Shown here in pieces: positions 21,586 to 36,808 of a DNA stretch of 64,000 bases. The stretch lies in NCBI RefSeq assembly GCF_009914755.1, contig NC_060927.1, one strand, 5' to 3'. Origin of the DNA: the human T2T-CHM13v2.0 reference genome, Homo sapiens. The notes under the pieces are model-generated. The model ran no database searches, was not told the origin of the DNA, and was given only the letters and a program-made list of their open reading frames with translations. Made by a program: the position numbers and the translations under genes. Numbering within the stretch: position 1 is the stretch's first letter; each line of letters opens with the position of its first letter.

Positions 21586-21791
21586 CAGTGGTCAGCAAAC
21601 TACAGCTGATAGCCTGTTTTTGTAAATAAAGTTTTACTGGAAAACAGCCACTCTTACTCATTTGCAGATTGTGTATGGCTGCTTTCATGCTATGATGGCA
21701 GAGTTGAATAGTTGTAACAGAGATTGTATAACCCACAAAATCCGATATGTTTACGAACTGGCTCTTCATGGAAAAAGTTTCCTGACCTCTC
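21586..21791 (+). mobile_element. MER58A-like hAT-Charlie DNA transposon remnant
   Basis: Contains CAGTGGTCAGCAAACT, GCCTGTTTTTGTAAATAAAGTTTTACTGGAA and GGCAGAGTTGAATAGTTG, ending ..CTGACCTCT, with TAGAT-containing flanks. Confidence 0.8.
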
Positions 21792-22529
21792 ATCTAGATC
21801 AATGGGGTTGTACGTTACCATTTAAAAATATTTAGGTTGTAATCTATCCTCTTATTACTTGTATTTATGGGTAACTATTTTGTAAGTAAGGCTGTTTCGT
21901 ATAGAATTAACGTGGTTTAGGTAAGCATTCAGAAATGTTAGGTTAATTTAGCTCTATTGTCTAACTTTTTTCAAATTTAGAACATTTGTCTTTGACTCGT
22001 TTAAACTTATTTAAAATTATATTTTCCCACCTTAATTTTAGTTTAAATGTAAGTCATTATATGCTGTTTTTTAACATCTTTGACTAGGAGGGAGACAGTT
22101 TTTGGGAACTAATTTGAACCAAAACAGATATAGGAAAATGATTTTGTTACATTTCCTTTGAACTTTTCTTTTAAAATTTGTTTTTATTTGGTTGAAAATA
22201 ATTTTCATAACTACTGATATTTTATATTAGTAGAATGGTTTCTTGATTCGTCTGTATAAAATACAAATCTAAGAACCCTGCTACAGTAAGTTACTCTAAA
22301 TCTATTTGATCTTAATTTAGAAGAGTAAGATAATCTTTAGGCCATGTTGGATGTGTTCTGGTCAGAAAACATGTAGATTTCATACCTCAGTCCTCATCCC
22401 ATGAGTGTCTGATGAAGCTTAAATCTTCCTGCAAGAAAGACTTGAATGATTTTAAACATGAGAGACACTGTATTTAGTGGTAACATCTTAATTTTAGTGT
22501 TAAATTGTATTGCCTAAGAAGAACATCTA

Positions 22530-22834
<305 letters not shown>

Positions 22835-22986
22835 CTAAACTTGCTCCTCTTATGATGAACCACATAGACATAACTAGTGTTAATGGGGGTCAGTGGAAGT
22901 CATCATGTTCTGAAAATCCATTAAATGTACATCATTCTAGTGTTTAGGTTAATGTTGTTAAATTCCTGTTACTTTAAGAAAGGGTT

Positions 22987-23390
<404 letters not shown>

Positions 23391-24611
23391 TTATGATAGA
23401 CCCTGTATGTTCTGGGAGGCAAGAATTGAGTTGGTATTAATATCTTAATGCTTTTGTTTTACTGCTGAATAACAGATGACCCTTCAGGTCTTTTCATGTT
23501 TTCCTTTTTCATGTCTCCCTGCCTAGGATCCTAGGTGCCTAATTGCCTACTTAAACTAGTTTAGGGAATCTTGGACTGAAGCCAAAACATGTAAAATGCC
23601 CTGAAGGTTAGGCAAAGGGAAGAAGTTGGGTAGTATGAAAGATTAGGTCACATCTTGTTTATCTCTTGAGTTCTATAAATTGAGAATGTAAATTTAATAC
23701 TATGTCTATTTTTAAAATGTATTTTATTGCCATGAAAAAGTAGCATGAGACATTGGAATATGGAATATCAGCTTCTTCATTTGGGTCATGGGGATCATGC
23801 TTGAAGACCTAATGCTCTCTCTAGGTCTATCTCAGCATTGAGCCCCTGGATGCTGTTGCGTGGCTTAGATGACTTATACATGCTTTGTGGCATGATTCAT
23901 ACTACCTTCTACCTTCTATGATACCCTTGGGTAGTTATAATAGGACCCAGGTTAGAGTGCTTCTTGGTGGAGCCACTGTAGAACTGGGATTTAGATGCAG
24001 CCAGGGCTGATGCTCAGCTGGTGAACACTGGTGTGCTTGTTCCTACTGGTGATTTACAACCAGTGTTTCTTCTTTTTGGGCCTGCATCCATTTTGATTGG
24101 GTGGTGTCCATGCTGTATCTGTAATAAAATATTTTTGAATGTTACCGCTGGATGCAGCGTGAGAAAGATACCTCCTGAAACTTACTGTAAGAAATTTACA
24201 GTGCATTGATTTTTCTGATATATAGGAATCGTCATGTTGACCTTGGAATTCTTAAGTTCCCTGGCTGTAGGAAATGGAAATTTTTGTAGTATGTCACCAT
24301 TGTTAGCTTATTTGGTATTGCGGATTTTCCCTGTTGCAGGACTGGGTGAAAGCTTTTTCTGCAGCAGTCATGTTGAAAACCTTGTGTTGACTTTCCTCGT
24401 GTTCTGAAATGGGAGCATAAAAGTTTACTCCGCCACTTCGTCTTAAAATAGCAAAACTTTGCTGTTTTCTGCAGATCTAGGACCTTGTTACAGAACTCTG
24501 CCAAAAAAAAAATGTTTACAGAAGAATGTGCTGTGATTAGAGAAGAATATGCTGGTGTGTAGATTTCAAACTCTCTGGACAATATGAATAACACTGTCTT
24601 TGTTTCTACAG

Positions 24612-25890
24612 TGGGAGCCAAGAAGAAAGGTTTGCTCCCGGGTGGAACAGGGATTATCCTCCTCCTCCCCTTAAGAGTCATGCTCAAGAGAGACACTCTG
24701 GCAACTTTCCTGGCAGAGATTCACTTCCCTTTGATTTCCAGGGGCATTCGGGGCCTCCTTTTGCAAATGTAGAGGAGCATTCTTTCAGCTATGGAGCTAG
24801 AGACGGACCGCATGGTGACTATCGAGGAGGGGAGGGACCTGGACATGATTTCAGGGGGGGAGATTTTTCGTCTTCTGATTTCCAGAGCAGAGATTCATCA
24901 CAGTTGGACTTCAGGGGTAGGGACATACATTCTGGGGATTTTCGGGATAGAGAAGGACCACCTATGGACTATAGGGGTGGAGATGGTACTTCTATGGATT
25001 ATAGAGGTAGGGAGGCACCTCATATGAACTACAGAGACAGGGATGCTCACGCTGTTGACTTCAGAGGTAGGGATGCTCCTCCATCTGACTTCAGGGGCCG
25101 GGGCACTTATGATTTAGATTTTAGAGGCCGGGATGGATCCCATGCAGATTTTAGGGGAAGGGATTTATCAGATTTGGATTTTAGGGCCAGAGAACAGTCC
25201 CGTTCTGATTTTAGGAATAGAGATGTATCTGATTTGGACTTTAGAGACAAAGACGGAACACAAGTAGACTTTAGAGGCCGAGGTTCAGGTACTACTGATC
25301 TAGACTTTAGGGACAGGGATACGCCACATTCAGATTTCAGAGGTAGACACCGATCTAGGACTGATCAGGATTTTAGGGGCAGAGAGATGGGATCTTGTAT
25401 GGAATTTAAAGATAGGGAGATGCCCCCTGTGGATCCAAATATTTTGGATTACATTCAGCCCTCTACACAAGATAGAGAACATTCTGGTATGAATGTGAAC
25501 AGGAGAGAAGAATCCACACATGACCATACGATAGAAAGGCCTGCTTTTGGCATTCAGAAGGGAGAATTTGAGCATTCAGAAACAAGAGAAGGAGAAACAC
25601 AAGGTGTAGCCTTTGAACATGAGTCTCCAGCAGACTTTCAGAACAGCCAAAGTCCAGTTCAAGACCAAGATAAGTCACAGCTTTCTGGACGTGAAGAGCA
25701 GAGTTCAGATGCTGGTCTGTTTAAAGAAGAAGGCGGTCTGGACTTTCTTGGGCGGCAAGACACCGATTACAGAAGCATGGAGTACCGTGATGTGGATCAT
25801 AGGCTGCCAGGAAGCCAGATGTTTGGCTATGGCCAGAGCAAGTCTTTTCCAGAGGGCAAAACTGCCCGAGATGCCCAACGGGACCTTCAG
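24612..25890 (+). CDS. RBM6: RBM6 exon 3 (1279 nt): N-terminal low-complexity region with decamer repeats
   Basis: Acceptor ctttgtttctacAG ends at 24611; donor CAG|GTATGT at 25891. Open frame GSQEERFAPGWNRDYPPPPLK...DAQRDLQ overlaps ORF 24904..25899. 44+1279=1323 nt, so the exon ends in phase 0. Confidence 0.97.
24817..25419 (+). repeat. RBM6: Coding tandem repeat: 20 degenerate ~10-aa units with core (D/N/E)(F/Y)(R/Q/K)xxx, e.g. DFRGRD; ~30-bp period
   Basis: Counted from the translation, DYRGGE (24817) through EFKDRE (ending 25419). Confidence 0.93.
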
Positions 25891-25912
25891 GTATGTTGAT
25901 GGGGTGGATTGC

Positions 25913-26110
25913 TTTTTTTTTTTTTTTTTTTTTTTTTTTTTGAGACGGAGTCTCGCTCTGTTGCCCAGCCTGGAGTGCAGTGGTGCGATCTCTGCTCATG
26001 CAAGCTCCGCCTCCTGGGTTCATGCCATTCTCCTGCCTCAGCCTCCTGAGTAGCTGGGACTGACTACAGGCGCCCACCACCACGCCTGGTGTGAGCCACC
26101 GCGCCCGGCC
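25913..26110 (-). mobile_element. Antisense AluY-like element with an internal deletion, starting ~22 nt after the exon 3 donor
   Basis: Poly-T from 25913, then the right arm, then a jump CACGCCTGG|TGTGAGCCACC to the Alu 5' end. Confidence 0.88.
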
Positions 26111-26587
26111 TGCTTTTTTTTTTTTTTCTTTAAATAAGACTTTTGTGAAGGATGACATTTATTTATTTATTTATTTATTTATTTTTGAAACGGAGTCTTG
26201 CTCTGTCACCCAGGCTAGAGTGCAGTGACATAATCTCAGCTCACTGCAACCTCCGCCTCCCAGGGTCAAGCAATTTTCCTGCCTCAACCTCCTGAGTAGC
26301 AGGGATTGCAGGCATGTGCCACCATGCCCAGTTAATTTTTGTATTTTTAGTGCAGATGGGGTTTCACCATGTTGGCCAGGCTGGTCTCGAACTCCTGACC
26401 TCGTGATCCGCCCACCTCGGCCTCCCAAAGTGCTGGAATTACAGGCATGAGCCACCGTGCCTGGCCAGTTTTTTTTTTTTTTTTTCATTTTATTTTTATC
26501 TTTGCATAACCATTAGAAAGCAAAATTTGTATTCAGGAGTGGAATGTAGGAATGTAAATCTCTAGAGAAAAGGTCCTCAGCTCAGAT

Positions 26588-26757
26588 CATATATATGTGT
26601 GTGTGTGTGTATATATATATATGAATATATATGTATATATATGAATATATATTTATATATATATATTTCTTTTTTCTTTTATTCTTTTCTTCCTGCTTCA
26701 CTTTCCATTTGTGTATATATGTGTGTGTATATATGAAGGAACTATATATATATATAT
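26588..26757 (+). repeat. (TA)n/(TG)n compound low-complexity repeat
   Basis: Read directly from the sequence. Confidence 0.85.
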
Positions 26758-26912
26758 TTGAGACACGGTCTTGCTCTGTCACTCGGGCTGAAGTGCGGTG
26801 GTGTAATTATGGCTCCTTGCAGCCTTGACCTCCCAGGCTCAAGCGATCCTCCCACCTCAGCCTTCTGAGTAGCTGGAACTACAGATGTGCGCCAGCCACT
26901 ATGCCTGGCTAG

Positions 26913-27101
<189 letters not shown>

Positions 27102-27104
27102 TGA

Positions 27105-27212
<108 letters not shown>

Positions 27213-27314
27213 TAGTTGGGACTGTAGTTGTGCACCACCAAATCTGACTAATTTTTGTATTTTTTGTAGAGATGAAGTTTAGGCATGTTACCTAGGCTGG
27301 GCTGGAACCCCTGA

Positions 27315-27581
<267 letters not shown>

Positions 27582-27897
27582 TAATTTAGTTTGAAAGTAT
27601 ATGTCTTTGGGAGTTGACTCTTGCAACTCTCGCTTAGTTAGACCTGTGATTGTTTAGGGATCATTTTCTTATTTAAATTCATTGAGAGAATACTTAGGAG
27701 TCTCCCTAGTTGTGAAGAGCTGATATTAATGTTGCAACTATCCTCTTGCAGCTAACGTAATTAACTTAAATGTTAAACTTCTTGAATATATGATTTAAGC
27801 AAGGAGGGTTATATTTGTAATTTTACAATGAAGGTATTCTCTTTTAAAGTAGATTTGGCTGGGTACAGTGGCCTATGCTTGTAATTTCAGTGCTTTA

Positions 27898-28125
<228 letters not shown>

Positions 28126-28249
28126 TTAGGCCAGGCGTGGTGGTTCTTGCCTGTAATCCCAACACTTTGGGAAGCTGAGGCAGGTGGATCATTTGAGGTC
28201 GTGGGTTTGAGACCAGCCTGACCAACACGGAGAAACCCCATTTCTACTA

Positions 28250-28628
<379 letters not shown>

Positions 28629-29219
28629 TCATCTTCTCTCACCAGAGGTATGAAGTACTGCTAGTTTACAGCCCATTCTCCAGCTCTCAGACCAGGGAAA
28701 TTTTTCTTTTTTTTTGAGACGGGGGTCTCGCTCTGTCACCCAGGCTGGAGTGCAGTGGCACAATCTTGGCTCACTGAAACCTCTGCCTCCCAGGTTCAAG
28801 TGATTCTTCCGCCTCAGCCTCCTGAGTAGCTGGGACCACAGGCGTGCACAGCACAGTTGGCTAATTTTTGTATTTTTAGTAGAGACGGTTTTACCATGTT
28901 GGCCAGGCTGAGAAAATTACTGTTTTGAGACTATGTTAGTGTGTCTTTCTGGTTATTAAAGTCTTACTCAGTCTTGTCTCTCGTAATGTTTTGCTTTACT
29001 TTGAAGACTCTTTCAGTGAGACTTGGTCTTAGCACATTTACATTCTTATGATTTGAAGTCACATTCTGGCACTCAGAACAATAGAGAAAATTGTAATTTT
29101 TTATATCTTCACGTGACATGTCATTATCATTTTTGATCCTGAGTGGCTAAATTTCATGTTGATTTGTGTTTTGTGCAGTAAAGTATATTTGTGAAATAAT
29201 TTTTCATTCTCAATTTAAG

Positions 29220-29309
29220 GATCAAGATTATAGGACCGGCCCAAGTGAGGAGAAACCCAGCAGGCTTATTCGATTAAGTGGGGTACCTGAAGATGCCACA
29301 AAAGAAGAG
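29220..29309 (+). CDS. RBM6: RBM6 exon 4 (90 nt, phase 0-0): DQDYRTGPSEEKPSRLIRLSGVPEDATKEE, start of RRM1
   Basis: Acceptor ttctcaatttaAG ends at 29219; donor GAG|GTAAGG at 29310. Lies within ORF 29166..29369. LIRLSGVP resembles RNP2. Confidence 0.95.
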
Positions 29310-29361
29310 GTAAGGCATGTCTTCTCTCCTGTTTCTCTGTGTCAATTAAAAATTAAAAAAA

Positions 29362-29555
29362 CCTTTTAATTTGAAAAATTGTAGATTCACAAGAAGGTGC
29401 AAAGAAATGCACAGAGAAGTCTTGTGTATTTTTTTCCCATCTTCCCTCAGTGTTAATATTTTGCACAACTGTGGTATAGTATCTAAACCAGGAAATTGAC
29501 CCTGGTATAATACATAAAGTTTATTCAGATTTCACCATTTATACATGCACTCACT
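29362..29555 (-). mobile_element. L1MD/L1ME-like 3' end fragment
   Basis: Contains TAGATTCACAAGAAG.TGCAAA, AAACCAGGAAATTGAC and TATTCAGATTTCACCA. Confidence 0.65.
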
Positions 29556-29857
29556 GAGGTGAGGTTAAAAAAAATTATGACAAATGATTGCTCTCTTTAG
29601 ACCTGATCACATCCTTTAGAGCATATTATTTCTGGAGTATGTACATAAGGATGCAGTTTATTTACAATAGTAAAAACTAGAAACTGCCTAACTGCCCTGT
29701 ATCAAAGGATTGGCTGACTAAATTAAGTCTGAACTTATGGCAGTGCTCGCTCTGTGCCAGGCATTGTGTGATACTTACAAGCATTAGTTCATTTAATTAT
29801 CACATATTTAATATAATCACTCTAAATATTAAGCATTACTGTATGTAATTGTTCTAG

Positions 29858-30442
<585 letters not shown>

Positions 30443-30632
30443 TAATGGGGCTGTTTTTTGTATTGTGTAGTTAGGGAGACATCACTGAGGAAGAGGCATT
30501 CGAGCCCAGGCTTGAATGCCGTGAGAGAACAGTTTATATGAATATGGGGAAATGAACTGCCCAGGCAGTTCATGCTGAGGAAGTGCTGTGGCCCTGGACT
30601 GTAATGAACCCAGTACATCATTTTATATTTAA

Positions 30633-31234
<602 letters not shown>

Positions 31235-31384
31235 TAGTAGAGACGGGGTTTCACCGTGTTAGCCAGGATGGTCTCGATCCCCTGACGTCATGATCCGCCT
31301 GTCTCGGCCTCCCAAAGTGCTAGGATTACAGATGTGAGCCACCGCTTCTGGCCCTGCTTTTCCTATGTACCTGAGAATTTTTAA

Positions 31385-31765
<381 letters not shown>

Positions 31766-31860
31766 TGATCTGCCCACCTCGGCCTCCCAAAGTGCTGGGA
31801 TTACAGGCGTGAGCCACCGTGCCCGGCCAATTTTTTTTTTTTTTTTTTTTTTAAAGATAG

Positions 31861-32148
<288 letters not shown>

Positions 32149-32471
32149 TAAGAATTTTTTTTTTTTTTTTAGAGATAGGGTCTCACTATGTTGCCCAGGC
32201 TTGTCTCAAACATGTGGCTTTAAGCAATCCTCTCACCTTGGCCTCCCAAAGTGCTGGGATTATAGGCAGGAGCCACTGCATCCCACCAATTTTTGAATAA
32301 TTATGTTCTACTCATTCAATATGTGAATGCCTTGAGTGTTCATAGTTTAACTTTGCTTTTCCAAAGTAATCATGGCTTTAAATTATGTATGATAAAAACT
32401 GTTAGGGAAAATCTGATATTCAGTGTTTGATTATGATTTGTATCATTTGTATAAATGCCATATTTTTGCAG

Positions 32472-32541
32472 ATTCTTAATGCTTTTCGGACTCCTGATGG
32501 CATGCCTGTAAAGAACTTGCAGTTGAAGGAGTATAACACAG
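32472..32541 (+). CDS. RBM6: RBM6 exon 5 (70 nt, phase 0-1): ILNAFRTPDGMPVKNLQLKEYNT+G
   Basis: Acceptor tatttttgcAG ends at 32471; donor CAG|GTGAGT at 32542. In frame with exon 4. Confidence 0.95.
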
Positions 32542-34194
32542 GTGAGTTTCTTGACTTGCATATGGCCTTGGGTTAGGAAGGGTCTTTGTCAGATCTCTGC
32601 ATCATGTGCTACTTAAAATTTGTTTCAAGAAACCACAATTAAAATTTCCAGAAGCCTCCCGTTGGTGCCTCCAAATAACAACCAGCTTTAGTTTTAGCTG
32701 TGGTTCTTTGTGGATGTTTGTCCACACATGGGTGATGAGGATGCATGTTCCAGTTCTTCTGAATGCCTGTGATATATAGAGTGTTGCAGCAATTGCCTTG
32801 AATATATTTTATATAATTATTAAACTTGCTATGCATGTTCTTCATGGTGGTGGAATGTTTATGCTTGAGCCTAATAGGATTTAATAAGCTTGTTGTATGT
32901 AAAATTTTACATTCATTGCTTCAGTAAAATTTATGACTTCCCAGAGAAATTGTACAAATTAGTGGTTTAATTTTCAGTTTTGCTTTGAGAATGGAGTCCT
33001 GTTACAGTTATTTTGTTGAAATCCATGAATAGACCCAGAAGAGCTTTCCCTTTGACATCTGTTCTGTGGTCTGAATGGTAGATTAAACTTTTCAGAATAT
33101 CCTCCTAGTTGTATTTCACAGTACCAATTTCAGTCATTTCCTTTAAATCTTACTACAGTAAAAGTAGGCAAAGGTGAAATGCCAAGAACTCAAGGTTTTT
33201 GACCAATATTTTTAGAACTATGTATAATAATAAGTTTATTTATTTAAAAATAAAGGTAATCTTTAGGTGACCTATTTTGCAGAATTTTAAATGGAAGGGA
33301 ATAGAGCATGAGTCTTCACAGAACTTAGAATTTCAGTAATTCAGTTAAAGACATCTTCAAGTAAGAACATGTCATATTTTGAGGATATAATTTACTATTA
33401 GCAGTTTATCATGGGATAAAAATTTTGCATTAACTAGATAACTTCTTCAGAATGCTTCTGCAGAGGAAAATTATCCACAAAATAAATTTTGGTGCTTGAA
33501 AGAATATGGTGTTAAGTTCAGAAATAATTTGTTCTGTAATTTGAGAACAAGCTCAGAAGTATTATTTCTCAGAGAGCCAATTATTTATTTGTTTTAAAAA
33601 CATCAACCCTGAATTTGTGGAAGCATGAGTAAGAGTAGATATATTATTATTCTTGGTATCTCACTTATGTTGGTTATATTTATTTTTTGCATATGCCTTA
33701 TACATGCTTTCTTTGGGAACTCAAGGTAGAATTTACAGGCTGGAGATGCTTTTTAACTCTCAGGATAATAACCTCAGTCTGGTTTCATGAACTGTGCTTT
33801 CATTAAGTATTGATATGTTTAGGAAAGGAAATGTCTTAATATTTAAATAGCAGTTCAAACTCCAGTTTCTTTAGTATTCATTGACTTTCTAATTGTCAAA
33901 TTTGTCAGGACAGTAAAAATTGTATTAACATATAGTGTCTAGAGAGGAAGTTCTTAAATTTGCCGATTGTGGTAGCTGTTAGAATTGGCAGACTGAAGAC
34001 ATTGATACACATGGGAAATCATTCAGGGCAGTGCTTAAAAATAAAACGAAAAATACCTTTCAGCAAATACAATCTTTTCTTGGCATTCTGTTAAGTTGTG
34101 TTTTTTATTTTTGTTTTTTAGTGAAAGAATTGGATTGCTAGTTTCATGTTATTTATATTACATCTCTATGTGACAAATAGGATGAACTTTTGAC

Positions 34195-34800
34195 AATATC
34201 AGCCAGATCATGTTACTCCCATGTCTAAAACCCTCTTAGGGCCTTCATCTTCACTTGGAAGAAATTCCCAGCTTCTTCTTTTGTCTTACAAACCCATGCG
34301 TGAGCTGACCCTTGGCTGTTTGATCTCATTCAGTACTGCCCTCCACCTACCCTATTTTGCTGTAGCCACACTGAGCTTTTCTCTTGTCTTTGACCAATAC
34401 AAACTTCTTTCTGTGTCAGGGTCTTTGCACTACTCTTCTCTCTGATCTTTACTTGTCTTCTGGGGTTTAGTTCTTGGCTTCAGTTTCACGTCTCTGAGGC
34501 CTTGTGTCACTCTCAAATCTAAAATCATCGGGCAGTTGTTTTCCATCATATCCTTGTTTGGATCTATCACTGATTGGATATTTCTATCACTGGTATTTTT
34601 CAGTTGGATCTATCACTGATCTATCACTGGTCACTGATTGGATTGAATCTGTCAGTGGTATTGGATCTATCACTGATATTTTTCTCCGTGGTTTTGTGTA
34701 TCTTATTTCTCTCACTAGAGAGGAATGTCAGCAGGAGCCTTATTCCTTCTTGTTTCCACCAGTGCTTGACACTCGGTAGGTTCCCTATATGCATGGAATA
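34195..34800 (+). mobile_element. L2 (LINE2) remnant
   Basis: Contains CAGATCATGTTACTCCC..AAAACCCT, CAGGGTCTTTGCAC and CCAGTGCTTGACAC..GGTAGG. Assigned by eye. Confidence 0.6.
34558..34680 (+). repeat. Irregular local repeat of TCTATCACTG (5 exact copies); the 17-mer TTGGATCTATCACTGAT occurs 3 times
   Basis: 10-mer copies at 34563, 34583, 34609, 34620 and 34666; 17-mers at 34558, 34604 and 34661. Confidence 0.9.
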
Positions 34801-36119
34801 GATTATTATTTATGGTGTATGTGAAGAGCAGCTGTGATTTCCCCTCAGGTGAGGAACATAAAAGGGTAGTGTAGGTTTCACAGCAGTGCAGCTTAGGTCT
34901 TACATATCTGTTGAAGAATATGTCTTGGAACAATCAGATGTTCTAAGAACTATAGTGTTTACTGTTAAAAGATCATATGTGGTAGTCAGGCATGGTGTTG
35001 CACACCTGTAGTCCTAGCTACTTGGGAGTCTGAGATGGGAGAATTTTTTGAGCCTGAGAATTTGAGATCAGCCTGAGCAACATAGCAAGACCTTGTCTCT
35101 TAAAAAGAAAAAGAAAAAAAAATGTGAATCTTAGTAGTAACAGTGACTTAAAAATTTTTTTTTATAAGAGAAAGGGTCTTACTCTGTTGCCCAGGTTGGA
35201 GTGCATTGGTACGATCATAGCTTACTGTAACCTCAAACCCCTCGGCTCAAGTGATCCTTCTGTCTCAACCTCCAGAGTATTTGGGACTACAGGTGCGTAC
35301 CACCATGGCAGGCTAATTTTTAAACTTTTTGTAGAGGCGCGGTCTCACTATGTTTCCCAGGCTGGTCTTGAACTCCTGGGTTCAAGTGATTCTCCTGCCT
35401 CATCCTCCCACAGTGCTGGGATTACAGATGTGAACCAGTATGCACAGACAAAAAGGTGACATTCATAGGTGAAAACTGGTAATAAATATTTTAGGCTGAG
35501 TGATGACCTGCAGAGACCATGCAGGATGGATATTGCTCATAAGAGGGGAATTGTGGAGTACAGTCTGTCCTGTTAGTTGATGTAATGGAGGGCTGATCTA
35601 TAACACAGGAGAGAAGATTAACGCCTCTTCGTTGACTCTAGTAATGTATTAGTGTAATTTTTGTCTCCTCTAGAGCTGTATAAGTACAGGGTCACAATTT
35701 TATCTAGAACCTGTGAGGTTAAATGAGCTTATGAATTTTTCAAGTTATAGAAATGTAGTTTACATAGATCATATGGGAATTATATCTCCCAGGGGAATGT
35801 GTACTCAGACATAATACTTACGCTGCAAAATTATTAATATTCTCACTAACAGGAGTAAATAAAGTCTCACAGTATAGGCCAGGATTTGCCTCAAAATGAG
35901 TTTGTTGAATTTTACCAAAAAACTTGACATTTATGGGATTTTGGAATTGTAGATAAGAGATTTTGGACCTATATATGTTGTGTATATTTGAATTTTTCAT
36001 TTGCCATTTACAAATACATTATAACCCCATGAATTGTAAATTATCTTGAATTATATGATTATTTCTGGAAAAAGTACCAGGAGTAAAATGTCTTTTGGTG
36101 ACTAGACAAACTCTAGTAT

Positions 36120-36580
36120 ATATATAAAATGGAATACTTCTCAGCAATGAAGAAGAAACTACTCATGCACCTAACAACATGGATGAATCTCAATGGCAAT
36201 ATGCTGAGTGAAAGAAACTAGACTCATAAGGATATATACACTACCATAAGGAGGAATGAAATACTGATGTATGCTACAAGTTGGATGAACCTTGAAAACA
36301 TTATAAAAGAAGCCAGACACAAAAGACCAAATATTGTGCAATTCAGTTTATATGAAATATCTAGAGAAGGCACACCCGTAGAGATAGAAAGCAGATTGGT
36401 GGTTGCCAGGGGCTAAGCGGGAATGGGGAACGACTCCCTAATGGTTATGGTACTTCTTTTGGGCTGATAGAAGTGTTCTGGAACTAGGTAGTAGTGATGG
36501 TTGCATGACATTGTGAATGTACTTAATGCTCCTGAATTGTACACTTTAAAATGATGCATTTTATTTGATGTGTATTTGCT
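36120..36580 (+). mobile_element. L1MB/L1ME 3' fragments, sense (continuing at ~36910-37140, 37455-37625 and 37930-38030 between Alus)
   Basis: Contains ACAACATGGATGAATCTCA, GAAAGCAGATTGGTGGTTGCCAGGGGCT and GTGAATGTACTTAATG..CTGAATTGTACACTTTAAAATG. Confidence 0.8.
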
Positions 36581-36607
36581 TACTTTGTTTTTTTTTTTTT
36601 TTTTTGA

Positions 36608-36808
<201 letters not shown>

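Noticed and set aside
24232-24696. 154-aa minus-strand ORF overlapping the exon 3 acceptor region
   Set aside because: No recognisable domain or independent support, and its first codon is not ATG. It is likely a chance antisense frame; Ribo-seq would be needed.
25151-25378. TTAGGG telomere-like hexamers
   Set aside because: They are not tandem and arise from Phe-Arg codons (TTT AGG G) of the protein repeat.
33240-33490. AATAAA hexamers after exon 5 as an intronic polyadenylation site
   Set aside because: AATAAA is frequent in this AT-rich sequence, so these cannot be distinguished from background without 3'-end data.
34558-34680. Possible CRISPR-like array or engineered tetO array
   Set aside because: The units are 10-17 nt with irregular, self-derived spacers. 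There are no cas genes, no full 19-bp operator and no vector sequence, and the context is a human intron.
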